Assembly (NCBI GenBank): GCA_963803975.1 | Contig: CAWDOY010000005.1 | Coordinates: 32,001 to 96,000, forward strand | DNA: 64,000 nt | Direction of reading: 5' to 3' | From: an uncultured delta proteobacterium | Lineage (GTDB): Bacteria; Desulfobacterota; WTBG01; CAIYCZ01 | Shown here: one piece after another, positions 63,034 to 64,000 of the stretch | How the letters are laid out: each line of letters opens with the position of its first letter | How positions within the stretch are numbered: the first letter of the stretch is position 1 | Notes under the pieces: model-generated | Database searches by the model: none | What the model was told of the DNA's origin: nothing | The model's input: the letters and a program-made list of their open reading frames with translations, nothing else | Program-made: the position numbers and the translations under genes

Positions 63034-64000
63034 GTGCTGATTTCTGTAATTCTCCCCGCATATAATGAGCAGGGAAATCTCGCCTTACTATTTAAGCGTT
63101 TGACCCAAGTAGCTGCACAGCTACCCACCTATGATTTTGAATTTGTATTTATTGATGACTGTTCGTCAGATGAAACACCCGCCATATTGAATGATCATAG
63201 AAAAGAAGACTCAAGAGTTCACATCATTCGGTTTGCAAGAAATTGCGGCAGTCATGCAGCAGTTGAAGCAGGATTAAATTTCTGCAGGGGTGATGCGGCA
63301 ATAATGCTGGCAACAGACCTTCAGGACCCTCCTGAGATCATACCGCGACTCATCGAGCAGTGGCAAAAGGGATTTAAAACAGTTTGGGGCGCAGAGAGAA
63401 ACGGGAAGGCGAGGGCTTCATGACGGTTGCCTATTCACGAGCCTATTATTTTATCATGAATCGTCTGACCGATGTAAAACAGCCGCCGACCGGAGCAGAT
63501 GTCTTTTTGATTGATCGGGCAGTAATTGATGCCTTAAAAAAATCGCCTGAGAAGAACTCGGAAATCTACATGCTGATAGCGTGGCTGGGCTTTTCACAGT
63601 GCAGTATTATGTATGTTAAAGGAGGGAGGTATGCGGGATATTCAAAGTGGAGCTTCTCTAAACTGATCAAATTGTCTTTTGATTCACTTATTTCTTTTAG
63701 TTATCTTCCATTACGGTTTATGACCATAATGGGCGCTATTTTTGCGTTGGCCGGGTTAATATACGGTGTTTGCGTATTCATTAACGCGCTGCGTGATAAT
63801 ACGCCTATTCAGGGATGGGCGTCTTTAATGATCGCAATATTATTGTTAGGTGGCTTCCAAATGAGCATGATGGGCATATTAGGTGAATATCTTTGGAGAA
63901 CGTATGATGAGACGCGTGGGCGACCAAAGTATGTGATAGAAAAAAATACACTATTAGAGAGTAAACGCATAAAAAAAAGTGAAAAAAAATTCTTATTAAC
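63034..64000 (+). CDS. GT2 (GtrB-like) glycosyltransferase. Apparent frameshift near 63395, runs to the window edge.
   Basis: ISVILPAYNE, IDDCSSD, RNCGSHAA, DLQDPPE, then GYSKWS...SYLPLR...GWASLM...GILGEYLWRTYDETRGRPKY. Confidence 0.88.

Overview
This 64 kb window comes from a moderately GC-rich bacterium. Gene content and intergenic repeat types suggest a Deltaproteobacteria/Desulfobacterota-like organism (inference). From left to right it holds: (1) nusA(5' part)-rimP, tRNA-Gly(CCC) and lepB; (2) two tandem paralogous type IVa minor-pilin/adhesin cassettes (fimU-pilW-pilV-pilX-pilY1), each with a PA14-domain PilY1 and an identically placed sigma54-like GG-N10-GC element; (3) thiolase, crotonase and a hypothetical gene; (4) a ~23 kb minus-strand MSHA-like type IV filament locus (MshEN-ATPase, TPR protein, ExeA/MshM, secretin, PilO, fused PilMN, GspK-like tip subunit, several pilins, PilC/MshG, and a response regulator plus a kinase with a degenerate GGDEF domain). 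This locus is interrupted by a YfhO-type GT-C gene, a spermidine-synthase-like membrane protein and a RAYT/Y1 HUH transposase. The transposase unusually has perfect terminal inverted repeats, and a duplicate of its left end brackets an extra pilin gene. (5) Mixed metabolic genes follow, including a ferredoxin-dependent bilin reductase-like protein next to an Fe-S flavoprotein and a PNPOx-like protein. (6) The window ends with the start of a lower-GC sugar-nucleotide/glycosylation cluster. About a dozen genes carry single-base frameshifts, which most likely reflect sequencing or assembly error. No CRISPR array, reverse transcriptase, integrase or rRNA was seen. All calls are by eye, without database searches.
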